Assembly (NCBI GenBank): GCA_964635195.1
Contig: CAZWNC010000002.1
Location: forward strand, 3,444-67,443
Source: an uncultured Candidatus Saccharibacteria bacterium
GTDB lineage: Bacteria; Patescibacteriota; Minisyncoccia; Phycocordibacterales; UBA12088
DNA length: 64,000 nucleotides
Direction of reading: 5' to 3'
How positions within the stretch are numbered: position 1 is the first letter of the stretch; every line of letters begins with the position of its first letter. Below the pieces are notes generated by a model. That model did no database searches, was not told the origin of the DNA, and saw only the letters and a list, made by a program, of their open reading frames with translations. Both the position numbers and the translations under genes were made by a program. Of the stretch, positions 1 through 10,127 are shown one piece after another.

Positions 1-416
1 AAAGGGATATCCAACCACCGAAGCAATACTTCACGCGCCTCGTGTTCCGTTAAAAAGCGGGCTCCGAGCGACAGTATGTTTGCATCATTATGTTCTCGCG
101 AAAGGCGTATCTCGTCTACGTCATTGAACACCGCTCCACGAGATTCTCCGTTGTACACCACCGCACGCACACCCGGAAAACGGTTCGCCACAATGGCCTC
201 ACCCTGACCCGAACCACCAAGGACGATGGCACGAGTTCCTGTCGGATCTTTGGAGACACGCTCTGCGGCGCGTGCAATGATGGCGGGATAATCGTCTTCA
301 GGCTCGTACACATAGGCACCCAAATCTGAAACGTCGTATGCAAGCGTACGCGCATACGCGACAAGCGCATTCTTTAACTCAAAACCCGCATGGTCGGAAG
401 CAAAAAGTAAATTCAT
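1..416 (-). CDS. rpiB: Ribose-5-phosphate isomerase B (RpiB/LacAB family), 3' end beyond window start
   Basis: Reverse-strand translation from ATG at 416-414 gives MNLLFASDHAGFELKNALVAYAR...IVLGGSGQGEAIVANRFPGVRAVV, the RpiB sugar-phosphate isomerase signature. The frame stays open to position 1. It is absent from the ORF track because it is partial. Confidence 0.8.
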   Translation of the reverse strand, partial: MNLLFASDHAGFELKNALVAYARTLAYDVSDLGAYVYEPEDDYPAIIARAAERVSKDPTGTRAIVLGGSGQGEAIVANRFPGVRAVVYNGESRGAVFNDVDEIRLSREHNDANILSLGARFLTEHEAREVLLRWLDIP

Positions 417-566
417 AGGATCTGACGGGGGTCGTGCACATACTCAAATCAGGAACAAGAGCTCGGACTTCACGCACCGGGAATGGTACGGCCTTTTTGA
501 AACAGCATCACATGCAGACATTTCACTTCTCGTGACTCGCTTCAACGCGAGATACCCGAGACCTGG

Positions 567-1604
567 CTACATCTTCTTCCCTACAGCACGAACATGCTCC
601 ACCAACGCACCGGTATACCCCATTTCGTTATCATACCATGCGCACACCTTCACAAGCGTACCATCGACAACACGAGTCATAGTGAGGTCTGCTATAGACG
701 CGACAGTACTTCCGACGATATCGCTGGACACGAGTTCTTCGCTCGATACCGTAAAGACCTTCGCCCATCGCACATCCTCTGCGGCAAGTCGTAAAATGCC
801 ATTCACCTCCTCAACCGACGTCGGTCGACGTGCGATGAAGGTGACGTCAGCGACCGATCCGGTGACTACGGGTACACGCATTGCAATACCGTCAAACTTG
901 CCTTTCAAGGCAGTCACCACTTCGGTGACTGCCTTTGCCGCACCGGTTGAGCTTGGCACGATGTTCTGCGCACCCGCACGCCCTCGTCGCCATTCGCTCG
1001 CGTCCGCCACATCAACGATCGCCTGCGTGGCCGTATAGGCATGAATGGTGTTGAGCATCGCCTTTTCAATACCGATCGTTTCTTGCAGTATCTCGATCAA
1101 TGGTGCCGCAGCGTTCGTAGTGCACGAACCGTTTGAGGTCAGCGTGCAACCCTCGAGCGCATCTTCGTTTATTCCCATAAGTACCGTCGCGGCTTTCCGT
1201 CCCACACTCGACGCATCTCCCTTTCCCGGCGCACTGAGCACTACGTGCTTGGCGCCGGCATCAAGATGTGCGCTTGCTTTGGCATAATCAGTAAACGCTC
1301 CGGAACACTCGACCACAATATCAACACCGAGGTCTCGCCACGGAAGCGCACTCGGACTCTTCTCTTTGTATACAGGAATTTCTTTTCCACCGACCACGAG
1401 TACGGTTCGCCAGTCTATCTTGCGTGTCGCAACTTCAAAAGACGCCTTGCCATATGCGGTATCGTATTTGAGGAGGTACGCAAGATTTTCAATCTCCCCG
1501 AGATCATTGATGGCCACCACCTCAATGTCGGCTTGCGACTGCACAACTCGAACAAATGCGCGACCTATGCGCCCGAACCCATTGATCGCAACTTTGATGG
1601 CCAT
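567..1604 (-). CDS. gap: Glyceraldehyde-3-phosphate dehydrogenase
   Basis: 345 aa with the N-terminal Rossmann motif INGFGRIGR and the catalytic region SNGSCTTN, a typical GAPDH. Confidence 0.95.
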   Translation of the reverse strand: MAIKVAINGFGRIGRAFVRVVQSQADIEVVAINDLGEIENLAYLLKYDTAYGKASFEVATRKIDWRTVLVVGGKEIPVYKEKSPSALPWRDLGVDIVVECSGAFTDYAKASAHLDAGAKHVVLSAPGKGDASSVGRKAATVLMGINEDALEGCTLTSNGSCTTNAAAPLIEILQETIGIEKAMLNTIHAYTATQAIVDVADASEWRRGRAGAQNIVPSSTGAAKAVTEVVTALKGKFDGIAMRVPVVTGSVADVTFIARRPTSVEEVNGILRLAAEDVRWAKVFTVSSEELVSSDIVGSTVASIADLTMTRVVDGTLVKVCAWYDNEMGYTGALVEHVRAVGKKM

Positions 1605-1815
1605 ATGTGTTAAAACAATGAACGAATAAGTACTCCAAGTATACCAAACACCGTCCTTCCGACATAAGGCGGGTTATCCACGCCGCCGGTTGCGAAGAGT
1701 CGAGACATTTGCTACTATCACCGTAATGCTCCTCCTGAATACGATGTCGTGCGACATGCACGATCGTGTATCTCCGGAAGCTCGCAACAAACGATACTAA
1801 ATATTACACACGCGT

Positions 1816-3876
1816 GTGCATGCTCTGCGTGCCACGCACATAACACGAATTATCATGCCTCAAGAACATGCGCGTTCTCATTCGCGCAGGACACCGCGTC
1901 GCGAACATACTCATATCCGAACGCTCGATGAACGACAAAGCGGAGCGCCCGCTTCGCAGCCGGTCTCACCGACAACGCAGCGCCCCGCACCGGGAACTAC
2001 CCCTGCGCGTAGAATACATACCGCGCGCCCACGTCGCGACACAGCTCCCGGGACCTCGCCACGAACACGCAACACCACGTCCCGAACACCTCAGCGAAGA
2101 ACGGAGACACTGCCCGCTCGCACCCGTTCTCGTTTGCCTGCACGTCGTAACCGAGATGCGGACTTACCGGCCTTGCAGGATGTTGTACCTATTCCACCCG
2201 TGCCCGAGAACGCGGTGCGCGTCATTCCTTTGGGTGGCGTTGAGGAGGTTGGCAAAAACATGGTCATTGTTGAAACACCGGAGGATATCATCATATCTGA
2301 TGTCGGTTTTCAATTCATTTCCGATGAGGAGCAACCCGGTGTCGACTACATACTTCCCAACACCAAGTACCTCGAAGATCGCACTGACAAAATTCGCGGC
2401 ATCATTATCACTCACGGACACCTCGATCACATAGGCGGTATTCCATTCATCATGGATCGCATCGGTAATCCTCCCATTTACTGCACCGAAGTGACCGCAC
2501 TGTTGATAAAAAAGCGCCAGGAGGAATTTCCAGACAAACCCGCACTCGATGTGCGCGTGGTTGAGCGTGAGGACAAAGTACTCATCGGTTCAACTCCGGT
2601 ACGCTTCTTCCCCGTCACTCACTCCATTTCCGATTCGTGTGGTGTTTCCATCGAAACAAAGTGGGGCAATGTCGTCATTTCGGGTGACTTGAAGCTCGAC
2701 CACGAAGACGGTATCCCGAGCTCGGGAGAACGTCGCGTATGGGGAGAGGTTGGCAAAGCAAACAACATCCTACTTTTTGCGGATAGCACCAATGCTGAAA
2801 AAGGCGGCTTCTCTATCCCCGAATCGGTAGTGCACCGAACCCTTGAGGAGATCATTACGAACGTCAAAGGTCGCGTCATCATTGGCACCTTCGCATCACA
2901 GTTCGAGCGACTGATTCATATCATTGCAGTGTGTGAACGACTCAATAAAAAAATCGTCACTGAGGGAAGGAGTATCAAGAATAACCTCGAGATCGCCAAA
3001 CTTGCAGGTAGGGTCAAAATTCGTCCCGACACAATCATACCTGCCGAAGAGATAGGTAGCTATCCCGCAGAGCGTATCGTTGTGCTCGCAACAGGCGCAC
3101 AAGGTGAAGAGTTCGCCGCACTCATGCGTATCGCAACCAAAAAGCATCGCACACTAACATTGAACGAACGCGACACAATCATTCTTTCAAGCTCGGTCAT
3201 ACCTGGAAACGAAATATCCGTACAGCGACTCAAAGATAACCTTTACCGTCATGGAGCACGCATCATCCACTACCGAGCGAGCGATGTCCACTCGACAGGC
3301 CATGGTAATACGGGTGAGCTCGTATGGATTCGCGAACAAGTGAAACCACGATTCTTCATGCCGGGGTACGGTTATCACTCCATGATCCGCTGCCACGCGC
3401 AAGCACACATTGACTCCGGCTTTCCAAAAGAGCATGTGTGCATTCCCGACAATGGCACTATCGTAGATTTCATCGAGGGTACCGAGATGGTTGTGCGAAA
3501 GGAAAAAGCGCCAAGCGGTCTTATGATGGTCGATGGCCTTTCGATTGGTGGCGTACAGGAAGTCGTCATACGAGATCGTCGTACCCTTGCCCAGGATGGT
3601 ATGTTCGTGATCATTGCGACCGTAAACGCCCGCACGGGTGAACTTCGAAAAAGTCCGGACATCATCTCACGTGGCTTCGTATACCTTCGTGAAAGTCAGG
3701 AACTTCTGGGAGAAGCACGCATCATTGTCAAAAAAGCGATATCAGACGCGACCAGAGGCACCAACCCAATCGATTTTGAGTATGTACGACGGAATATCGG
3801 CGACTCCGTATCTCGTTTCTTGTTGCAAAAAACGAACAAGCGACCGATAGTGATCCCTGTGGTTCTCGGGCTCTAA
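1816..3876 (+). CDS. rnj: Ribonuclease J (metallo-beta-lactamase/beta-CASP RNase) with an unusual ~130-aa Arg/Pro-rich N-terminal extension; start codon uncertain (GTG at 1816)
   Basis: Core VRVIPLGGVEEVGKNMVIVE ... IIITHGHLDHIGGIPF (HxHxDH motif) plus RNase J-type C-terminal regions. The N-terminal 130 codons are an open but low-complexity basic segment. Confidence 0.85.
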   Translation: MHALRATHITRIIMPQEHARSHSRRTPRREHTHIRTLDERQSGAPASQPVSPTTQRPAPGTTPARRIHTARPRRDTAPGTSPRTRNTTSRTPQRRTETLPARTRSRLPARRNRDADLPALQDVVPIPPVPENAVRVIPLGGVEEVGKNMVIVETPEDIIISDVGFQFISDEEQPGVDYILPNTKYLEDRTDKIRGIIITHGHLDHIGGIPFIMDRIGNPPIYCTEVTALLIKKRQEEFPDKPALDVRVVEREDKVLIGSTPVRFFPVTHSISDSCGVSIETKWGNVVISGDLKLDHEDGIPSSGERRVWGEVGKANNILLFADSTNAEKGGFSIPESVVHRTLEEIITNVKGRVIIGTFASQFERLIHIIAVCERLNKKIVTEGRSIKNNLEIAKLAGRVKIRPDTIIPAEEIGSYPAERIVVLATGAQGEEFAALMRIATKKHRTLTLNERDTIILSSSVIPGNEISVQRLKDNLYRHGARIIHYRASDVHSTGHGNTGELVWIREQVKPRFFMPGYGYHSMIRCHAQAHIDSGFPKEHVCIPDNGTIVDFIEGTEMVVRKEKAPSGLMMVDGLSIGGVQEVVIRDRRTLAQDGMFVIIATVNARTGELRKSPDIISRGFVYLRESQELLGEARIIVKKAISDATRGTNPIDFEYVRRNIGDSVSRFLLQKTNKRPIVIPVVLGL

Positions 3877-3973
3877 GTGACATTCAAAAAGCTGAAAGCG
3901 CGATGCGCCTGTGTACAAACAAACGTTTTGGAGATTGCACTTTCACGAGTACACACTACTCCCGCATAGATAA

Positions 3974-4011
3974 AAATTACAGTGCGAATACAAGTATTCG
4001 CACTGTAATTT
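3974..4011. promoter_or_regulatory. Perfect 18-bp-arm inverted repeat (AAATTACAGTGCGAATAC/GTATTCGCACTGTAATTT), a probable terminator or protein-binding palindrome between rnj and corA
   Basis: Arms 3974-3991 and 3994-4011 are exact reverse complements. A related palindrome occurs at 40946-40981. Confidence 0.6.
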
Positions 4012-4128
4012 ATGTGCGCTGCTACGTGCATTTGAAGTACATCACAGCATCCACAGGCAAACAGACGCGTCACCGACACCATATCACCCCTCTTTCCCCT
4101 TACACCTCTTCGTGGTACAACGTACACA

Positions 4129-5049
4129 ATGATTACTTACTACTTCCGTTCAATAAAGGAAGACTCGTTGCAAAAGATAGACAGCCTGCGCCCCGGAACG
4201 TGGGTGCATGCTGAAAACCCCACCCCCGAAGAACTTGATCTGCTGGTCGAGCGGTGTGGCATCGAGCGAGACCTCCTGCAAGATGCGATGGATCTTCATG
4301 AAGTACCCCGCTTTGAAACGTGGGAACAAGTCTCCTACTTCTACATTCGTTTCCCGCACGAAACGCAGAGCGACCTCGGCACCGTTCCCATACTGCTTGC
4401 AGTCACACCCCAAGCGGTGGTCACAGTCGCGCGCGCGCACCCTGCCTTCTTGAACGATTACATCAACAACAAGAAGCCGCTCTTCACCACCCAACGCACC
4501 AAACTCTTCCTGCATCTCGTTGAGGCAATCAATACCGCCTATCGCAGAAAACTGATCGAGATACGTCGTGAAGTGCAACGCAATCGCGTGAATCTCAATC
4601 GTATTAGAAATACAGATATCGCAAAGCTTGTCGCGCTCGAAACGACACTCAATGACTTCCTCAGTGCGCTCACTCCCACGTATGCCGCACTCCGCACCAT
4701 TCTCTCAGGAAAACACCTTGAACTCTACGAAGATGACCAAGACCTCGTTGAGGATATTCAGCTCGAAAATCAGCAAATCGTAGAGAGTGCAAAAGCGAAT
4801 CTCAAAACCATCCAAAACATTCGCAGCAGCTACACGGCAATCGTCACAAATAACCTGAACTCGGTCATTAAATTACTGACGTCTCTCACAATTATCATCA
4901 CGATTCCCACCATCATCGGGTCTTTCTTCGGCATGAACGTCACTCTTCCATTCGGGGATTACCCGCACGCCTTTGCACTCATCACGATTACCGCCATCAC
5001 AAGTATGGCGGGTGCGGCTTTTCTATTCAGAAAACGAGATTGGCTCTAA
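4129..5049 (+). CDS. corA: CorA-family Mg2+/Co2+ transporter
   Basis: 306 aa with a soluble N-terminal domain and two C-terminal TM helices containing the GMN motif (FFGMNVTLPF). Confidence 0.85.
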   Translation: MITYYFRSIKEDSLQKIDSLRPGTWVHAENPTPEELDLLVERCGIERDLLQDAMDLHEVPRFETWEQVSYFYIRFPHETQSDLGTVPILLAVTPQAVVTVARAHPAFLNDYINNKKPLFTTQRTKLFLHLVEAINTAYRRKLIEIRREVQRNRVNLNRIRNTDIAKLVALETTLNDFLSALTPTYAALRTILSGKHLELYEDDQDLVEDIQLENQQIVESAKANLKTIQNIRSSYTAIVTNNLNSVIKLLTSLTIIITIPTIIGSFFGMNVTLPFGDYPHAFALITITAITSMAGAAFLFRKRDWL

Positions 5050-5152
5050 CAATATTGTCTTGCGCACCTCCTCGTGGATATAAAGACAGCAAACGGCACG
5101 CTGTGTATACCTCAGTTCGCACTTTCATGCCACACCACGTATACTTGCACGC

Positions 5153-6334
5153 ATGGAGTTCATTTTGCACCAAGTGCACAAGGTACGCGCATTCGGATGG
5201 TTGTACCTTGCCAACCTCATGGTCGGCTTCCACTTCTACTCAGTCCAATTCATTCACTCAAACTTTCTTTCAACCTTCCTTGACACCACTTCGGTAGGAT
5301 TGCTCTACACAGTCGCATCAGCCCTCGGACTTCTCCTAGTTGGATCCGCGGGAGTGTTCCTTTCCATTCTTGGTAATGTTCGTACCGCGTTTATTTTCTC
5401 CGCACTTGATCTCTGCGCGATGCTGGTGCTTGCTACGGCCACAAGCCCGGCACTACTTGTAGTCGCATTTTGCCTACACACCTGCCTGGTACCGGTCGTA
5501 CTCTTTACACTTGACGTCTTCTTAGAACAAAAGACCACTGAAGAATCCACGACCGGGAACGTGCGTGGCCTATTCCTCTCGGTAGCAACCATCGCCGCAC
5601 TATTCGCACCAATGATTGCAGGATACCTTGCAGGCGAAGAGGGTGTGTATGCACATGTCTACCTTTTCAGTGCAATCTTCCTACTGCCACTCCTCTGTAT
5701 ACTCGGATTTCAACTTCGCTCCTTCACCGATCCACCCTATCGCATCTTCTCACCGATACGTACATTGCGTGCTGCCATACGAAACCCTGACATCTTACGC
5801 ATTGCAAGTGCCCAATTTTTAATGCGATTCTTTTTTGCATGGAATGTCATCTTTCTACCGGTCTACCTCCATACACAGATTGGATTTACCCTCCCTGAAA
5901 TAGGTACGGTACTTTTTATCATGTTACTTCCATACGTCTTTGTGGAACTTCCCGCAGGAATCATTGCTGATACGTGGCTTGGCGAAAAGGAGCTTTTGTT
6001 TGCAGGCTTCATTTTTGTCATTACAGGCACCGTAGGTATGTACTTTGTCACCACACCAAATGTTGCTCTGTGGGGCGGTGTCCTCTTCATATCTCGCATC
6101 GGTCTTGCACTCATTGAAAGCATGACCGAGACCTACTTCTTCAAAAAAATACGAAGTCGCGACACGGATTTACTTGCGCTCTTTCGCATACTTCGCCCAC
6201 TTGCGTACACCGTAGGACCGGTCATCGCAACCGGCATCCTTATGTTGACCGACCTCCGCCACCTCTGGCTCGTTCTTGCGGCTATTATGCTCATCGGCAT
6301 ATACCAAACGGCACGCCTCATCGACACAAAATGA
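5153..6334 (+). CDS. MFS-type polytopic membrane transporter
   Basis: 393 aa and about 12 predicted hydrophobic helices with a 6+6 arrangement. Confidence 0.65.
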   Translation: MEFILHQVHKVRAFGWLYLANLMVGFHFYSVQFIHSNFLSTFLDTTSVGLLYTVASALGLLLVGSAGVFLSILGNVRTAFIFSALDLCAMLVLATATSPALLVVAFCLHTCLVPVVLFTLDVFLEQKTTEESTTGNVRGLFLSVATIAALFAPMIAGYLAGEEGVYAHVYLFSAIFLLPLLCILGFQLRSFTDPPYRIFSPIRTLRAAIRNPDILRIASAQFLMRFFFAWNVIFLPVYLHTQIGFTLPEIGTVLFIMLLPYVFVELPAGIIADTWLGEKELLFAGFIFVITGTVGMYFVTTPNVALWGGVLFISRIGLALIESMTETYFFKKIRSRDTDLLALFRILRPLAYTVGPVIATGILMLTDLRHLWLVLAAIMLIGIYQTARLIDTK

Positions 6335-6393
6335 GCGCGCTACCAACTTGTTCAACGTAAGGACATTCTCTCATGGGGAGTCCCGTATCTGGT

Positions 6394-8118
6394 TTATCGA
6401 TCCGGAGGTATCTCGTAGTAGCTGATGAGGAAATCTACCAACTCCATAAATGGATTGGTGAGTGTTTCGCTTGCATACTCCGCACCCTGCGGCTCCGTGT
6501 GGAACAAAAAGATTAAGAATTTCGGATCATACGCCGGAAAGTACCCGAAGAACGAATGCAGGTAACGATCGTCGTAATATCCCCGCTCGCCATCTTTCGC
6601 CATTTGTGCCGTACCCGTTTTTGCCGCAATCGCGTAGTGCTCCTTCTTCACTGCACCGCCACGCAATGCTTCGTCAACGACATGTACAAGCATGCGGGTA
6701 ATATCTTCAGACGTCTTTTCGCTGAACACCTGCTCACGCTCATCAAGGGACACATTACCCACCCCACCCCGTTCGTAGTCTATCGACTGCACAAGGTGTG
6801 GGGTCACCAAGTACCCGCCGTTACCTAGTGCACAGAGTGCACGTGCCGTGGCTATGGGAGTGAGTGCAATACCCTGTCCGAATGCCGCAGTCGCATACTC
6901 AACCTCACGCGGACTTGTGAGGTTTGTTATCAATCCATGCGCCTCAAAAGGAAGATCAATACCGGTCTCTTCACCAAAACCAAGCTCCCGCATTCGCTCA
7001 CCCAATACTTTTCCACCCACACGCTTAGCAACATTTGCCATACCCACATTCAACGACTGATTGAGCACTTCTTGCATCGACACAACCCCGCGTGCACGAC
7101 CATCATAGTTGCGTATCGTATATCCATCGATCGTAATACTCCCGGTGTCATCATAGGTAGTCTCGGGTCGCACAGCTCCCTCATCGAGACCGATTGCCAT
7201 TGCAAGTGGTTTTATGATTGAACCCATTTCATACACATCTTCAACGAGTGGATTTTGGAATGCGCGCAGGTCTTTCTGTTCCGCATACGCGTTCAAGTCG
7301 TAAGAAGGTAGTGCTGCAAGTGCAATAACATCGCCTGTCTTTGGGTCAAGTACGATGCCTGCCAACTGCTTACTCTGCCACTCTTTTTGTGTGAACACAA
7401 GCGCATCTTCGAGCGCTCGTTGCACCGCCGGTTCAATCGATGTCACAACGTCCCCCTCTCGACTCAAACCCTCTTCTTTTGGATGCATAACATCCGCCAC
7501 ATTTGCAAACAGTTCCGCAAAGAAATTTACGTACAGTGCTTGGTCTTTACGCTGCAATACTGAGTCCCAGTACCGCTCGACACCATACAAACCACGTCGC
7601 TCGTGTCCATCCGGACCGTAGCCGACGAAACCCAGTGCGTGGGCTGCAAGTGATGCACCGGGATAGACACGCCACTGATCTCGATATACCGCAACACCCG
7701 GAATAGCAAGTGATTTTACGCGTTCACCGACTTCCCGACTCAACCGATATGCCACTTCTTCGTAGGGATCATCTTTTTTTGCCGCGTGCTCCAAAAAAAC
7801 CTCTTTATCGATATCTAGCACGGCCTTGAGTGAGTCGTAGGCTTGTGCAGTATCTTCAAGCTGCGGAGGGTGCAATGCCAACATAAATCCGGACACGACT
7901 GTTGCTGCTGCCACATGACTACCATCACGCTGGGTCAAGTACACATTTCCTCTATCAAAAATGTTTGAGGAGGTTCGGACATACTGCTGTGTCGCCGCCT
8001 CTCGATAGTCGGCACCATGCACCACTTGCAGTTGGTATAAACGCCACACCAAAAGCAAAAACAATACCAGGATGCCGGCAAACAGTAGTTGTATTCTGAA
8101 CTGCACTTTAGCACGCAT
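6394..8118 (-). CDS. ftsI: Penicillin-binding protein 2/FtsI (peptidoglycan D,D-transpeptidase)
   Basis: N-terminal TM anchor, SxxK (GSIIKP), SxN (SLN) and KTG (KTGTA) motifs. It lies downstream of mraZ-rsmH-ftsL. Confidence 0.9.
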   Translation of the reverse strand: MRAKVQFRIQLLFAGILVLFLLLVWRLYQLQVVHGADYREAATQQYVRTSSNIFDRGNVYLTQRDGSHVAAATVVSGFMLALHPPQLEDTAQAYDSLKAVLDIDKEVFLEHAAKKDDPYEEVAYRLSREVGERVKSLAIPGVAVYRDQWRVYPGASLAAHALGFVGYGPDGHERRGLYGVERYWDSVLQRKDQALYVNFFAELFANVADVMHPKEEGLSREGDVVTSIEPAVQRALEDALVFTQKEWQSKQLAGIVLDPKTGDVIALAALPSYDLNAYAEQKDLRAFQNPLVEDVYEMGSIIKPLAMAIGLDEGAVRPETTYDDTGSITIDGYTIRNYDGRARGVVSMQEVLNQSLNVGMANVAKRVGGKVLGERMRELGFGEETGIDLPFEAHGLITNLTSPREVEYATAAFGQGIALTPIATARALCALGNGGYLVTPHLVQSIDYERGGVGNVSLDEREQVFSEKTSEDITRMLVHVVDEALRGGAVKKEHYAIAAKTGTAQMAKDGERGYYDDRYLHSFFGYFPAYDPKFLIFLFHTEPQGAEYASETLTNPFMELVDFLISYYEIPPDR

Positions 8119-8174
8119 ATTCTTCTAAAAAATGTGACTCACGTAAGGTGTGTGCAGCAACAAACGCAAAAAGA

Positions 8175-8507
8175 CTAATCGACACGAGTCAAAGTGTTTT
8201 CCGCATCACCTACTGCCACGTACCCGGTCGAACGTACAGGCACCAGACCCATGTCAGTCGCGAGATCCTCCGACAGCAATGCAATCTTGGCGAGGTACTG
8301 TGTTTCAAGCTCACTTATCTTTGACTGTTCTTCATGCACAACAAGAGAAAGTTCCTCACGCAGCACCACGTGTGTAACGGAGAGGACTAGCAAATACGCA
8401 TACGCCGCAATCGAAACGGCGAGAAGGCACCACAACATGACTCGCATGATGCGAAATAACGGTATTCTACCAAGCAGTAGCGTAACGAACGGATGTACGT
8501 GGGTCAT
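8175..8507 (-). CDS. ftsL: FtsL-like cell-division protein (small bitopic membrane protein with coiled coil)
   Basis: 110 aa with one TM helix and a coiled-coil segment. It sits between rsmH and ftsI, the canonical dcw position. Confidence 0.5.
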   Translation of the reverse strand: MTHVHPFVTLLLGRIPLFRIMRVMLWCLLAVSIAAYAYLLVLSVTHVVLREELSLVVHEEQSKISELETQYLAKIALLSEDLATDMGLVPVRSTGYVAVGDAENTLTRVD

Positions 8508-8550
8508 AATCTAGGGGGCTAGATGTTAATAATATTTTTATGTCAAATCA

Positions 8551-9477
8551 TCAATCGGGTGCTTTTTTCTCAAAACAGCGTAACTTCGCGCTTCGTGCCC
8601 GAGGATTGGCGAGCACTTCAGAACGGTCAGCCACTGTCGGCTTTTTGGTCATGATTGCACCCTTTCCTTCCGCTTGCCATGCACGAAAAGTGCGCTTGAC
8701 TGCACCGTCCTCTAAGCTGTGGAATGATATCACCGCAACCCTACCTCCTTCAGAGAGCAAATTGTACGCATGAGCAAGTCCGGCTTCTAACGAGCCGAGT
8801 TCATCATTTACCGCCATGCGAATTGCCTGAAATGTTTTTGTTGCAGGATGAACTTTACTACGAAAGCGTCCATACGTACCCGACACCAGCTCTGCAAGTT
8901 GCGCGGTTGTGTCAATAGGGGCGATCTCGCGCGCGTCCACAATGGCTTTTGCAATCTTTCGTGCACGCGTCTCACCGCCAAAACCATATATGATGTCGGC
9001 GAGTGACATTTCACTCCACTCGTTTACCACGTGCCATGCAGTGAGTGTCTCCGATTCAGGCGATGCATCGAGCGTCATGATGAGCGGTTCATCACGAGTG
9101 AAGCTAAACCCCCGGCCCTCCGCGTCAAGCTGATCTGATGAAAGTCCGAGATCAAACAGAATACGATCGGCGGTTGATACACCCGCAGCCCGCACCAGCG
9201 ACTCAAGAGAACGAAAGTTGCCGACAACGGTAGTAAGTCGCGCGTCGTTTCCAAGACGGGTTCGCACGCGTTCAATCGCATGCAGGTCTGTATCGACGCC
9301 AACATATCGACCGCTCGACCCGAGACGTGCGAGCAAAGCCTCCGCATGCCCGCCACCGCCAAGCGTGCAGTCAACCACACACTGCCCTGCTTCAAGGGCA
9401 AGCACATCAATGACTTGTTGTAAAAGAACAGGTACGTGAATCGTTGTGCGTTGCTGTTCCATGGTCCTATATGACAC
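8551..9477 (-). CDS. rsmH: 16S rRNA (cytosine1402-N4)-methyltransferase RsmH/MraW
   Basis: 308 aa with a SAM-binding GGGGHAEALL motif. It overlaps the mraZ stop by 11 nt. Confidence 0.9.
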   Translation of the reverse strand: MSYRTMEQQRTTIHVPVLLQQVIDVLALEAGQCVVDCTLGGGGHAEALLARLGSSGRYVGVDTDLHAIERVRTRLGNDARLTTVVGNFRSLESLVRAAGVSTADRILFDLGLSSDQLDAEGRGFSFTRDEPLIMTLDASPESETLTAWHVVNEWSEMSLADIIYGFGGETRARKIAKAIVDAREIAPIDTTAQLAELVSGTYGRFRSKVHPATKTFQAIRMAVNDELGSLEAGLAHAYNLLSEGGRVAVISFHSLEDGAVKRTFRAWQAEGKGAIMTKKPTVADRSEVLANPRARSAKLRCFEKKAPD

Positions 9478-9901
9478 CTATCTCACCGAGCTTTTCCGCA
9501 ACACGATCGGCTTCTTTTTCGACCGAAGTACGGTAGCTGTCCCACACTTCCTCATTCCACATTTCACATCGGTCATTCACCCCAATGAGGACGGTGTTTC
9601 CGGTAAGTCCCGCATGTTCCGCTAATTCGGATGGAACCAATATCCGACCAAGCTGATCCACGTCTATCTCCGATGCACCTGCAAAGAAGTATCGTCCGAA
9701 CGCACGAGAATCGGCCTGCCCCATAGAGAGCTGGCTCAATTTCTCGACAATAGTCTGCCACTGCGTCGTGCTAAAGACGAAGAGACATGTGTCGAGCCCG
9801 CGCGTGATGACGAGAGACTTGCCGAGTGCTCGGCGAAACTTGGCTGGCAACGCGATCCTCCGCTTCTCATCGATTTTGTGACGAAATTCTCCGATGAGCA
9901 T
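9467..9901 (-). CDS. mraZ: Transcriptional regulator MraZ
   Basis: 144 aa starting MLIGEFRHKIDEKRRIALPAKFR, the duplicated MraZ/SpoVT-AbrB fold. Confidence 0.9.
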   Translation of the reverse strand: MLIGEFRHKIDEKRRIALPAKFRRALGKSLVITRGLDTCLFVFSTTQWQTIVEKLSQLSMGQADSRAFGRYFFAGASEIDVDQLGRILVPSELAEHAGLTGNTVLIGVNDRCEMWNEEVWDSYRTSVEKEADRVAEKLGEIGVI

Positions 9902-10127
9902 ACGATGGATCAGCAGTACTTGGTGATTCTGCTAATCTACCACTTCGCACCACTTACTAACACTATACTCCACTCGAATACCATCACATACACCGTTATC
10001 CACAGTACTGCGCGGGTCGCTGCGCCTATGACCGCTTACGCAACGACCCTAGGTGGGCACTGAACGGTTGCGCCACACAGACGCCACCTGTACACTCCCC
10101 AATAGATTCCAAAGACAGGAGAACATC

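Noticed and set aside
532-1038. 168-aa ORF on the plus strand inside gap
   Set aside because: It is antisense to a confidently identified GAPDH gene and has low-complexity composition, so it is a shadow ORF.
5305-6355. Several minus-strand ORFs (5305-5592, 5863-6123, 6133-6327, 6170-6355) inside the MFS transporter gene
   Set aside because: They are antisense shadow ORFs with no motifs. The plus-strand frame encodes a coherent 12-TM protein.
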